From Vairimorpha necatrix (lineage: Eukaryota), in the NCBI GenBank assembly GCA_036630325.1, contig CP142732.1, positions 186,001 through 250,000 on the forward strand: 64,000 nucleotides of DNA, in the 5' to 3' direction. Made by a program: the position numbers and the translations under genes. Under the pieces are notes generated by a model. That model was not told where the DNA came from, did not search any database, and saw only the letters and a list, made by a program, of their open reading frames with translations. Positions 51,719 through 64,000 of this stretch are shown here, in pieces; position 1 is the first letter of the stretch, and the number at the start of each line of letters is the position of its first letter.

Positions 51719-52971
51719 CAGGGGTTTGCATTTTTATAGTCCAACTTTTGAAAAAAAATAACAAAAAACCCAGAATTTGATACAATGAACAATCAATAGA
51801 ATTATGTGTAAATAATATACAACCTCATTTAATTAGATAAACTCGTTTTTCTACCTTGCCATTTCTAGCCATCTTACCATATTAGTGTAGAATCCATTAT
51901 ACAAAAGTCAAAATCAGCTTCCAGCACTTGCTCCAAATCTGTTTCTACTGTATTATTTGAACTTCGTATAGCACAAAACCTCGATTTTATCATAGAAAAA
52001 AATTCTTCAATAGAAGTAAGTTGTGGGGAATATGGAGGCAAAAAAACATAAGATATGCCTAATTATCTTAGCTTATCCAAAACTTCTCTTGAATGATGAA
52101 ATTTAGCATTATCCATTATTAAAATCTTTTGAGGATTTGTTTAGAAAAAATCTACAAGATGCCTTTCAATAAATTCGACGAATAGAGCAGAATTGTATGC
52201 GCCCCTTTTCATTTCGTATGCTATAATATTTGATTTTGAAATCACGCAAAGACAACTTAAATTTTTGCTTCGATTTGCGGGGACTGTTTTAAATGCTTTT
52301 TTATTTTTATAAGAAAACCCATAATGCCTTGTGGTATTGGTATTAAATCCAGTTTCATCCAAAAAAATCAAAATTTCTAGTGAATACCCCGATATTTCCA
52401 TGGCATATTCAGCTCTTTTATCAATTTTGTCTTGCGAATTACGCTCTGCAGGAATTAGAGATGACCTTTTTCTTGTAATATTACGATATTTTAACTTTCG
52501 AGAAATAGTAGACAAAGACATTGAAACATTTGCTAAAGTATTTAATTCTTTTTTGATTTCACTAAGAGTCTCGTCATTACTACGTGCAATTATATTTTTT
52601 AGCACAAGGTCGATAGGCTTTAATACACTAGGAATGATACTTTGATACGATTTATTGTACTTGTAGAACAAATGAATCCTCCCTCTTACTATTTCCTATG
52701 TATCCTCCAAACTGTTTTATAACCTTAATCTAATGTAGTAGCTATATCTTTTAATGTCAAGTTTTCGTTTTTTATATGTTTTTCAATAAGTTTTAAGACA
52801 TCAGGAGTGACTGTAGATCTTGGTTTTCTAGGCAAAAGGGGGGAGTTTATTAAAAAAAAATTCCTGTGAAATAAAAAAATGGACTATAAAAATGCAAAAG
52901 TTGGACTATAAAAATGCAAAAGTTGGACTATAAAAAATGCAAAAGTTGGACTATAAAAATGCAAACCCCTG
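51719..52971 (-). mobile_element. Tc1/IS630-like DD34E transposon, pseudogenised
   Basis: TIR caggggtttgcatttttatagtccaactttt with TA on both sides. DETGF, MDNAKFH and PPYSPQL..IE motifs (34 positions D to E, including one stop). Four tandem ~22-bp units at the right end. Confidence 0.93.
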
Positions 52972-52973
52972 TA

Positions 52974-53558
52974 AATACATAGTAAGAGATGAATGCATCT
53001 AACTACCTCGTTGTGTCTTTTCATATAATCAAAGCCAATATTCGATCACACTTGGTAGGTAAATGATCCACGGCCTTCCTATGAGATCCACAATGAAGAC
53101 ATTGTCATCTTGGCATAGAAAATATTTCTATCCTGTAATAACCATTAAATTGCTTCGGATCTAGACTGTTTGTTTCCTTTAAGCAGCCAGTTTGAAGAGT
53201 CCCTAAAGATGACTAAATCATTGTCCCTGGCTTAAAATTTTTTTCCATGGTATGTCCATATGTCAATTTTGTTGTAAAGCGCTTCTTTTTAGGATTCTAT
53301 TAGCATCTTCTGGGTTATCACTCCTACAAAGCTATACCTAATCCTTAGATCCTCGTTTATTGTATCCAAGAAGAATTTGCTATCGGGTTCTGCTTTAAGT
53401 ATCGCTGCCCGTCTTAGTGAGCTATTTCTAGGTCCATCTGATGTTTCTTAAATATTCAGAAGCAATTTTTTGCTTCTATCTTTGATACTTACATGGCCTC
53501 TACCCATATCTGATCTAGGTAGGTATAGTCTTTTCGGCTAAAAACAGCTTTAATGTAA
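52974..53558 (-). pseudogene. Non-LTR retrotransposon fragment (R4/Dong-like, post-RT region)
   Basis: Translates RLYLPRSDMGRG and DHLPTKC...RHNEVVRCIHLLL, typical of LINEs with a restriction-like endonuclease. Confidence 0.75.
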
Positions 53559-53566
53559 AAAAAAAT

Positions 53567-54664
53567 GGATCATGGGTATAATACGACATATTGCCACCTA
53601 GTGGGTATAATACGACATATCAAAAAAATAAAATTTTCGCAGATTTAGATATAAAATAAAAAATAAAGTAAAGATTTTTTATTCAAAAACAAACAGTAAC
53701 CCAAGCAAAATAGTTAGAGACCGGCTTCTATATTTATCTTTAAACATAATTTCATCGAGATAATATTGTAATACTTCTTTTTTTATACCTTTCATTTTTT
53801 TGATGTTGTATTTCTGTTTAGCCCAGTATGATTCTACATGTTGGGTATGAACTCCTGTGTTAGGATTCACAAAGTTAAGAGAATGGTTTACTGTGTGATG
53901 CTCGAAGCCTAATATTTCCTCTATTTTTTTGTAAGCCGCCCATTCATCGCTATATATAATAGTCCCCTCTTTACAAACACTTTTAATTATAGGCAGTAGA
54001 GTTTCAGCAGATCTATTAGTTACTACCTTCATATATCCTTTTGCCGGTATGAAGCTTGTATCGACTATACCGAATACCCATACTTGATGATCTGACACCC
54101 TACCAACATGATATTTCTGCTTGTGACAAAATAAAGATTCGTCCACTTGGCATACAATTCCAGTTCCCCCAAGCAAAACAGGATCCTCTAATAAGTGGTT
54201 TGATACTAAAATACGTAATTTAGAATATATTTTAGAAACAGTCTTTCGATTAATTCCATAACTATGAGAAACTGACATTATATTTTTATTCTCTAGCCAC
54301 AAAATTATAACTGTCCAGACATCAGATAAACTCAATTTAAAATCATAAAAAAAAGAATTAGTGCGTATGCTATAAGTCGATAATGCTTTAACACATTTAG
54401 AATTATAACATACCCAAGCTCTTCCATCGATTACATCTTTTTTAATTCTTTCTGACATATATTCATGACAATACTTACACTTTAAACAAGTAAGTAACAA
54501 ATTTTTTCTTCTTAATATCTCGATCACATATTCTACTTCGAAGCTTCGAATTCTTAAAATTTGTTCCAATCTTGAAGTTCTATTTCTCATTTTGAGGGTA
54601 AAAAATAAAAAATATTTTTAACGGGTATAATACGACATAATATGTCGTATTATACCCATGATCC
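53567..54664 (-). mobile_element. Merlin transposon, apparently intact
   Basis: TIR ggatcatgggtataatacgacata and 8-bp TSD aaaaaaat. Confidence 0.96.
53679..54590 (-). CDS. Merlin / ISXO2-like DDE transposase (303 aa)
   Basis: CxxC...C...C N-terminus, QVDES, YSDEW, HTQHVESYW. Confidence 0.95.
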   Translation of the reverse strand: MRNRTSRLEQILRIRSFEVEYVIEILRRKNLLLTCLKCKYCHEYMSERIKKDVIDGRAWVCYNSKCVKALSTYSIRTNSFFYDFKLSLSDVWTVIILWLENKNIMSVSHSYGINRKTVSKIYSKLRILVSNHLLEDPVLLGGTGIVCQVDESLFCHKQKYHVGRVSDHQVWVFGIVDTSFIPAKGYMKVVTNRSAETLLPIIKSVCKEGTIIYSDEWAAYKKIEEILGFEHHTVNHSLNFVNPNTGVHTQHVESYWAKQKYNIKKMKGIKKEVLQYYLDEIMFKDKYRSRSLTILLGLLFVFE

Positions 54665-54959
54665 AAAAAAATTGGGGGTCAAAATTTTTAAATAGCCCCC
54701 TTTTAGGAAAAAGAAGGGAATGATGAACAACGAAGTAATTGCAGATTTTTACATATTTATATCAAACAAGAAATACAACAAAAAATGTTTAAAATGTGGT
54801 TTGTATACAAGCATAGTAACCAACGGAATTTTACTTAAGAAGTAAAACTGGAAAGTGCAGACATAGATTTTCAGGGGGAAATAATTCATTATTGAAAAAG
54901 CTAGACTAGATCATTTACTGATGTTAAAATAATAAATTTGTGGATAATGGGAATTAAAG

Positions 54960-54996
<37 letters not shown>

Positions 54997-55145
54997 GAAT
55001 TTGGGAGAGCATTTCCACTTTACACCCCCCCCCCTTACATATATGAAAACCAATTTTTAAAAAATATCCCTGATTTTCGAAATTCAAAGCGGACAGAACG
55101 AGAAGGAGAAAAATCTAAAAAAAAAATTTTGATAAAACAAGATAA

Positions 55146-56277
55146 GGTTAAATTGCGATGTTCCCCCCTGCACCTAAAAAAATAAAAAAAGGGGGAAAAA
55201 ATAAAAAAAAGACGAAACTGAAATTTATTCAATTAATTAAAATCAAATTCAGGGGCTAAATCGTAATTTGAAAACCATATATTTTGAACTTCAAAAAAGC
55301 ATAACATTCTTTCAAGTAGTGATTCTCTATAAATTAACTTAAAACAAGCTTTATAAAGTTTTCGAATGAGATTCATTAAAGAACCATGGCTTGTTCCTTC
55401 TTTGCGCAATTCCCTTTAAATTACAGACCACATTCCTCCAATTGTTAGGTGTGGGCGCCTGTTGTTGGATTTACAAAATTTTGGCTATGATTTACAGTTA
55501 AATGTAAATAGTTACAATCCGGACATAGTTCCGAAACCCCTTCATGCCCCCGCCAACATTCAGTAATAATTGTAGATCCAGGTGCGATTTTCCGTTTTAT
55601 TAAATCGACAAGAGTAGTTCTTGATCGATTTTCAACAATTTCGAAAAAAATAAATTGCTGTCTCCTCGTACAACTCCATCAACAGCCCAATCTTGGTATT
55701 GGAGGATTCTACCGTTATGGTTTTTACTTTTAACAAGCAATGTCTCGTCTATTTCAACTACGCAATTTAAACCTCCTTTGGTTTTGTTTTGAAGGTAGTT
55801 GAAATAGTATAAGAATACAGCGTTATTAAAACGCGTAAATCTGCGATATACGGTACTACTATCTATATCCAATTCGATAGTAGCCAAAACATTGCTTACA
55901 CCTTTAACCCATTCACACAGCAAAATTAAAAGATCTTCGATATCTAATCTAGAACTTTTAAAAAATGCTTTCTTTGTAAATGTTACCTTTGTTTGGGCAT
56001 TTTCTCCCATTTCGTCGTAAGTAACAAGAATGTTTGTCCAAATTATTTCTAATTTTGGTCATGGGTGTCATGCACTTATTGCACATTGGTACCTTTAATA
56101 TATTTTTTTCAAGAAGAAATAAATATAATTCCTCTTTTTTGTATATTAATTTTCTAAAATTCTTTATGTTCATTTTAGGGGCATAATTTTATTCCTTTTT
56201 TATTTTACCCCTTTTTTTTATTTTTTCCCCTTTTTTATTTTTTTAGGGGTGGATGGGGGTAACATCGCAACTTAACC
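55146..56277 (-). mobile_element. Merlin transposon, second copy of the 27077-28241 family
   Basis: Same TIR and closely similar ORF fragments. TSD caagataa / caaggtaa. Confidence 0.93.
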
Positions 56278-56417
56278 CAAGGTAATAACTAAAAATAAAC
56301 AATTTATTTTTTTGTTTTTTTAATTTTTTTTTTGTTTCTTTATTTTACTATCTACTTGATTAAATCTGTACTTATTGTACATTTTATGTATAATAATAAG
56401 AAATATTATTATATATA

Positions 56418-59400
56418 TGTTGCAGTTAAAGTGTACATTCCAGGCAATGTATACATTTGCCAGTAAATGCATATACTCGCTAAAAGTTGTATTTAAAGTA
56501 TTCATTGTAACTGAAATGAACACATTACCTAGTGAATGTATGCATTCACGTGCTGCTTCTAGTCAGTTTGTTGTGTGTTGAATCCGTTGCTTAAATCGTT
56601 AAATTTGCCGGGAAACCTTAAATCTAACCTCTTTATTCATGATGCTCTGTGTGCTATTGGCCGTTGCTCAATCTGTGCTGTTTGAGAGAGTTAACACTGG
56701 ACTATTTGTTGGATGGTAAGCGAGTTTTTTTATTTTTTTGTCCATAGAAATTTCTAATTTTAAATTATTTTTAGCCATAAATATAAAATGGATAAACAAG
56801 CAATGAAAGATAAATTCTACCAGTATATTAAGAATACTCCACAAAAAACTAACGGCTTTCGTATAACTCAGAAAGATATACTCAGCTAAAAAGTGATGTT
56901 TATTTCGCTAAATCTGTTCAGAAAAAAAGAAAACCGTCACTTCTGGTTGCTGAAACATTATGATACAGTATATGTGGGTACTGTGGATAGACAAATTGCC
57001 TTAATAGCAAATAAAAAAGTACTGTATTATGTTACTGTTATAGAATTGTTTAAAGTTTTATATATAACTCATTTATCAATTGGACACGGAGGACGAGACA
57101 GAATGAAAAAATGAGCTTAACCTTCGCTTTAAAAATATAACAGCACAAGATATTCAAACCTTTTTAAATAATTGTGAAGTGTGCCTTAAAAAAGGAGAGT
57201 GAAAAGAAAGGCTTGGTGGTTAATCCAATGGTGTTTTCTCATTTTAATTCAAGGTGTCAAGTAGATTTAATTGACTTCCAATCACAGCCAGATGAGAATT
57301 ATAAATTTATATTGGTATACCAGGACCACTTAACAAAGTTTATCATTCTTAGAGCCCTTAAGAATAAGACAGCATATGAAGTTGCTGACCAACTCCTTCA
57401 AATTTTTTTACTTTTTGGGGCACCATCTATTTTGCAATCGTACAATGGCCGAGAATTTGTTAACCACGTCATTGATGATTTCAAAGGTTTGTGGCCAGAA
57501 TTAAAAATTGTGCATGGGAAGCCACGCCACAGCCAGTATCAAGGCAGTGTGGAGCGTGCAAATCAAGATATTGTGAATATTATAACCGCATGGATGCAAG
57601 ATAATCAAACTAGTAATTGGATAGAGGACTGGTTATGTGCAGTTTATGAAAAATCGAGCTTTTCACGCTGGTATAAAGCGAAGTCCTTACGAGGCAATGT
57701 TTGGACAACCCGCCAATGTCGGCTTTACCTCTTCTTGCTTACCACACGAGATATTAAGCAGTATAAACAGTGGAGAAGATTTGGAAAATATTCTTAAAAA
57801 TATCAACTGTAATGAAGAAAGTGTCCAGAAGATTCCACAAGTTGTGGTTATTGAAGAAGAGGATCTAGATCTAGAATCAGATAATCTTCATATAATTTTC
57901 GATGAAGGCGTCAAGGAATTGCTACTAGATGACACGGAACATGGTAGTATATCGCCTGGCACCGTGACTCAAAAATGTGATGGATGTGACATTTTACTTA
58001 ATTCGGAATGCATTAAAATATGCGATATTTGTACGGCGCAATCACGCATCAATTATGCCCGAGCAGAAGCAAAAGAAAACTTGAACAAGCAAGCTAAGCG
58101 CATGAAACTAATTTCTGATGCTTTGCTTCCATCGGTGGAGGTGGGAATGACAGTTAGAATTAATGTACCGGAAGTTGATAGAGGACGGGGGGATTCACGT
58201 GCAGTACGAGGATGTATATTAACTAAAACTGATAATGATTACTTTCAAATTGGAACACTTAATGGGATTTTAGTAGGATTATATTCCAGTTCTCAATTTA
58301 GCGTGTGTTCCGAAAGTATAATAACGCCAATGATATTGAAAACAATGCAATTGAATTGCCATTACGTACTATAGCTACCAAACAGTCGATAGGTAGCGGA
58401 CAGGGATTCTCCAAATGCCGGTGCAAAACAAAATGCGCAACAAAAAGATGTGCATGCCTTAAAGCAAGCAAAACGTGCAACTTCAAATGTCATGGAAGTT
58501 TAAATTGTGCAAACAAATAACGTTCTGTTATCTAATTTTACTTTTTTTATGTTATAAATTATTCTTTCTATTTATTTTATTTTTTGCTCTATATATATAT
58601 CTTTTCTAATTTTATATTTTAATTAGCTTTAGTGCAATCATCATCGAGTCAATTATTAATTCATTTTTTCGATATATTTTATTTAATATTATAATTTATT
58701 ATGTTGTTCAAACTTTTGAAATAAATTATTGTGTATTTCAATTTAAAACTAAAATTTATATTTAATAATACCTAGTTTTACTGTTCAAACTTAACTATTG
58801 TGTGTGTTCTAATTTTAATTTTCCGATTCAACATTTATGTTTTAACCTGAATCTAGAACGGTGATTGTGGTATAATGGATCATACCACATGATTTATAAA
58901 ACCAATAAATACTTAAACGCTGATGCTTCTTCTTGAACGATCAGTTATGGTCGACTATTATTGGTCAGCCAAATCTTATTTCTTTTCTATTGTTACCATG
59001 TATATAAATAAAGAAATTCCATGAACAACATGGTACAACATCAGAACGCAAACAAACACTCTTCCTTCTACAAATCAGATAAACAAAACTCTTTTAATAA
59101 CAATAAACAATCTATTCACTCTAACTCTTTTAACTCCGGTTTTCACGGCTCTCCAAACCGTAGCATCATTGAATGCTTTCTTGCTACAGGCAAGCTTCCC
59201 GGTAAACACGCCAGTGATCATGGTCTTGTGCCTGTAAAAACTTGTTTAAACTATCTTTTATTCTAAAATTTATTAATTAACGCTTTTACTGCAGTTGGTT
59301 AGTAAATCTGCATACATTTACTAGATAATGCATGCATTCACTAGTTAAAATGTTCATTTTTAATAGTGAGTGAACACTTTGACTAGAAGCAGCCCGTGAA

Positions 59401-59527
59401 TGTATACATCCACTAGGTAATGTGTTCATTTCAGTTACAATGAATACTTTAACTACAAATTTTAGCGAATTTATGCATTGACTAGTAAATGTATACATTG
59501 ACTGGAATGTACACTTTGACTGCAACA
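56418..59527 (+). mobile_element. Ginger2-like (KRBA2/SCAND3-type integrase) DNA transposon
   Basis: ~150-bp TIRs TGTTGCAG...CTGCAACA and 4-bp TSD tata. Frameshifted ORF ~56788-58520 with RCQVDLID, HGKPRHSQ.QGSVER and a Cys-rich C-terminus. Confidence 0.9.
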
Positions 59528-60174
59528 TATATAATGAACATTTAACACAACTAAATTATAATGTTATAAGTTAAAAATAAGTAAAATCATATATTAAATT
59601 ATTTCATGAAATTAATTGTATAACAGTTATTAACTATAGTTTACATCTTTTATGTTATATAATACATTTTAATGATTTAAAGAACATAAATATGAGATTT
59701 TGAATCTTCTTCTGTCTATAAAAACTAATGAATTTACAAAAATACTAATTTTTTTATACATAGTAAAGATAATTATAAACAAATCTAAAATCTGTTTTAA
59801 ACAGCATAAAAATAATGAAAATATTATTATAAGCATTAGAATCTGATTATAATGACATAAGAAAATAAATATATTTTTATGTATTTAGACAACATATTTT
59901 AACACAATTTAGAAAAAATAATACTTAAATTTGTTTTATTCTTATGTAATACACATAATATGATCAAATTAGCACATAATAAAACTATTTTTTTGTGCTT
60001 TAACCATTATTTATTTTCTTCTCCTTTTTTTTACATTTTGGTTTTGTAAAAAAGGAATATTTTTTTAAAATTGGTATTCATATATGTAGGGGGGGTGTAT
60101 CGTGAAAATTGACCATTTGGGGATGTAATTTACAAAATGTAAGTTACACCCTTGATAAATTTCTAAATTAAAAA

Positions 60175-62575
60175 TGTTGGAAATAGAGACGAGTCTGAAT
60201 GAAATTGAATGTTTATTAAGAAATTTTTTTTTATATTAAATTCTAAAACACTGATTAGTGATAGCCATATCCGATTGGACCAGCTTGTGATGAAACAGTT
60301 TGATATTTGATAAAGAGCAATGATTTGTACTTAGAGTTACCCCACCCCCTGCTAAGTGGGAAGCTCGTATCGAGTTTAACATGTGTTTTGTTGAGACAAA
60401 ATTGTCCATGTTTTGACTTTACAATATAAGCGTCGGGCTCTACCTTAGAAACGATTTTATATCCAGGGGTCCACTTGGCTTTAAGCTTATCTGACTTGGC
60501 TTCCTTGAATATCAACACTGGATCGCTGGCCGTTAGCTCTGTTACAATATCCTTTTGGCCTCTCACTATTTCTCTTCTGTAAGACTCAAAATATTTATCT
60601 CGTTTCCGAATGACCGATCTTTGGTCCACTTTTATGGGGCCTCCACCGTATTTACGATCCGAAGATAAAGCCGGTATGTAGCCATATTTAAACATATAAG
60701 GTGTCGTTTTTATCGCTAGGCTGTACGAAAGATTGACAGCCAGCGTCGCATCTGCTACTTTGTTCTCCAACTTTAACTTCCCAAAGTTTGAGAGTTTTTT
60801 AGCTTGTTCCAGAGGGTCTGATTCATCCTTTCTACGCATCCCACTGTCTGATGGTGGGCAGGAGAAGCAAACTCCCACTTAATGTTATGTTTAGCTGCGA
60901 GGTTCCGTGTTTTGACGTTGTTAAATTCCAGTCCCACGTCAGAGAGTATTCTTTGCGGTGAGCCGTGTTTGTCCACAATGAGCGACTTGATGCATTTGAT
61001 TATGTTGACGTTCGTTTTATTGGCTATTACTCTTGTTTCCACCCATTTTGTATAGTGGTCGATTGCCACTAAGATGAACTTGCTTCCGGAACTCGTGGGA
61101 ATTCTTCCCTGCAGGTATACTTTCTAAACTTTCTATGGCTTGGAGGCACGATTACCCTGTTTTTTGTTTTAACTAGCCTTCCTCCTGACTTAAGACAAGT
61201 TTTACATAATTTTACGAATTTGTCAATGTCTTGATGCATTCCTTCCCACTTAAATCTTTTGGTTATTAGGTACTTCATGGTGTTAGCTGAGGCGTGTCCG
61301 AGGGAAAGATGATAATTCTCTATGATTTCTTTTCTGAGTTCTATAGGAATTGTGTTTGGTGGTCCATGTGTCCTCAGGGCTCTTATGCTAATCCGGCTCA
61401 GTGCGTCCGCTATATTTTCTTCGCCTTTTATATAAGCCACTTTAAAGGAATATTCTTGTAATCTTAGTGACCATCTTAACAGACGACTAGAAGAGATTTT
61501 GATCGCCAGAGATATGCCAATGCTTTGTGATCTACGCACTAAGAACTACTTCCCTAACAAATGATGCCTGTAGTGCTCTATGCCCTTTACTAGACCTAAC
61601 AATTCTTTGTCAGTTACAGAGTAATTGAGCTGGGCCTTATCCAATTCTTTGCTGAATGCAGAGATCATCTTTTCCTCCCCGTTGGCATCTGTTTGGGAGA
61701 GGACTGCTTCGATGGCAAGTTCCGACGCGTCTGTCGTAAGTATAAATTTTTTGTTCAGTTTCGTTGTTTTTTTAGTTTTTTTTTTAGTACGATGCAATCT
61801 TTTGTGTTGTGGCTGGTTGTCTCGTGGAGTTCGCAATATTGTTTTTTTTGCAAATCCACCCTCTCGGCTTTGTTCTCAGCGTATACATTGTTTAGTACTT
61901 TATCTGGGAATGATATCCACGCTATGTCCTCGGCCCTTTTCACAAACATCCACAACTGGCCAACCTCTGCTGCTTGCAATAATAAGGCTTTGATTTCACT
62001 TGGAGATTTGTTTATTACCACCTGCGTTAAAGGAACTATGTTCATATATTTCTTTTTATAGAGGATCCTAGCCTCTTTAGTAACTTTGTGAATTCAATTC
62101 TGGTGACCGGAAGTAACTTGTTAGAAATCAGCTTAGTGATATATCTGTATTCTGTTGTCCCCCGAACCGTGCTTTTAAATCATCAATCAACTCGCTCAGC
62201 AGAATTTGGTTGGTTCGGTCCCCTGTAATTTGTGCCGCCCAACTGGGGGCTTCCCCTTTGAGCTGCAAGAAGATGAGTTTAATTGTTTCCGCCTCCGTCT
62301 TTTCCGTGATTCTTGCGATGAATAGCGCTTCTTGCATCCATAAGTAAATGTCTTCTTCTGGGTCGCCTCCGAATTGTCTAAGTTCTTTTATTGTCGTTGT
62401 CGCCATGCTGGAAATAGCAGACGAGTTTGAATGAAATTGCATATTTATTAAGAAACTTTTTCTTTTATATTTAATTCTGAAACACTGATTAGTGATAGCC
62501 ATATTCGATTGAACCAGCTTGTGATGAAACAGTTTGATGTTTGACAAAAAGCAATATTTTGTAATCAGAGTTACA
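60175..62575 (-). mobile_element. Internally deleted gypsy element (gag joined to RNase H-integrase; no protease or RT)
   Basis: LTRs 60175-60341 and 62406-62575. PBS TGGCGACAACG. YCELHETTSHNTKDC is followed within about 50 bp by FILTTDASE. Integrase fragments present. Confidence 0.88.
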
Positions 62576-63040
62576 ACAAAAAATTTACGAGAAGTATCTT
62601 AATAAGAGAAAAAACTTGGTGGCGACAATGTTATAGTAAAGATAGATGAGAGTAAAAGTGGAAAAATAAATATCATTCGGGAAGGCTTGTATAAAGGGTT
62701 GGTGTTTTGGAATGGTAAAAAGAACAGAACAAAAGAAGATAATCTTTGTCATAATAAATAAAAGAAACAAGGGTACATTACTGCCAATCTTATTTAAGCA
62801 TGTAAATTTAAAATTCATCATCCATTCCGATATGTGGAAGGCTTTTTAACTTTAAAAGGCCATTATGCAGATAATAGAACTGTGAATCAACATCAAACAT
62901 TTAGAAATAATGAAACAGGTGTCCATACAAACATCATCGAAGGGAATTGGAGATCTTTAAAAGCCTTTATACACAATAGGTGTAGAACATATAAACTTTC
63001 TGAAATCTATTTAACTCTATATACTATTAAAAGAAATGAG

Positions 63041-64000
63041 GGCTAATGTCGGGTTTAGGAGAAAATTTTCGATATAGGGTTTTTTTGTTTTTTTGCCCCT
63101 TTTTTTCAAAAATGGAGGAGAAAAAATGTGGAGGAAGAAACAAAAATAAAAATTAAAACAATAAATTTATTAATGCTTAAAACACAGAACTAGAAGAATT
63201 TCTTCGAAGCATATACCTGAATAAATAAAGTTTCGCATTCCGAACTGATCTATTTCTATTTGGTATAGAATTTTTTAAAGATTGCCAATTACCTTCTATT
63301 ATATTGGTATGAACTTCAGTAAGTGGGTCTCTAAAGTGTAGAGAATGATCTACCATAGGATGTTGGTTTAATATAAAGCCTAAATTACGGTAGGCTCTCC
63401 ACATATCGCTATAAATTATACTATTTCTGTCTACATATTTTACAAAAGATTAGTTAGCGTTATTTGGTCTCTTTTCTTAATATATATAAATATAATTCGG
63501 CGGTGTATGGTACGTTCGACCATAACAAAACACCAGAAACCTTTCACAATTCCACCTCTATTATTCTTATTCTTGCCAATCTTCGTCTCGTCGATTTCTA
63601 CTACTTTGTTTTCACCTCCTATTACGCCAATACTAGATAAATATTTTTCATAAATATCCAATTCTTTTAACTTTTTTAGTATAAATGACACAGATTCCGC
63701 TGAACAACCCAAAATTTGACAAATAGATTTCCGAGGATATCCTAGAATCCACATATTAAGTATTTGTAATACTGTAATATGGTTAAGTCTAAAATCTTGG
63801 AATAAAGTACCTTTCCATATTGAAACTTTTTTTTTTACAAGTACTCCTTTACACTTCCCGATAAGTTTTTGTTTATTCTTTATTATCATCTGAGCATCAC
63901 ATAATTCACAATTCTTAATTTAATTTTTGGTTATTAATGCATTATATATGTTTTCTAATTGCTCTCTTGTTTGAATTTTCTCCTGTATTTTTGAAAAAAA
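63041..64000 (-). mobile_element. Merlin transposon, frameshifted, runs off the window
   Basis: ORFs 63440-63889 (VEIDET) and 63177-63404 (HTNIIEGNW). Confidence 0.88.

Larger units (their letters stand above)
55007..60114. mobile_element. Non-autonomous Merlin-type TIR element (TIRs related to 46982-48291) with two nested elements
   Basis: Inverted termini ...tacacccccccccttacatatatgaa / ttcatatatgtagggggggtgta. Approximate TSD atttggga / atttgggg. Confidence 0.7.
54674..63046 (+). mobile_element. Old Merlin transposon fragmented by several nested insertions
   Basis: Degenerate N-terminal part ~54720-54998 (ARLDHLLMLKIINLW), a short piece 60115-60174, and the catalytic part 62576-63046 (KIDES, HTNIIEGNW). 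Confidence 0.65.

Overview
This is a very AT-rich eukaryotic window that is almost entirely nested transposable elements. The CCC/GGG motifs just upstream of ATGs and the TE mix suggest a microsporidian-type genome (inference). Contents: about 10 Ty3/gypsy-type LTR elements or fragments plus 3 solo LTRs with 5-bp TSDs; about 10 Merlin (ISXO2/IS1595-like) DNA transposons; 2 MULEs; 1 Tc1/IS630 DD34E element; 3 Ginger-like integrase transposons; 3 copies of a non-autonomous Helitron; a tRNA-headed SINE; an R4-like LINE fragment; and one probable host pseudogene (secreted/GPI-like). The most unusual observation is a group of four divergent LTR elements with no tRNA primer-binding site. Each instead has a 12-bp self-complementary palindrome with compensatory changes 1-2 nt inside the 5' LTR, and a Gag N-terminus encoded inside the LTR; three also have a 24-25 nt U3-terminal hairpin. 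One member is a young (LTRs look identical), intact 788-aa Gag-protease-integrase element with no RT/RNase H. A second group of LTR elements has short LTRs (down to about 50-60 bp) and forms the gag ATG from the LTR-terminal A plus the PBS TG. All coordinates were read by eye and no database searches were run.
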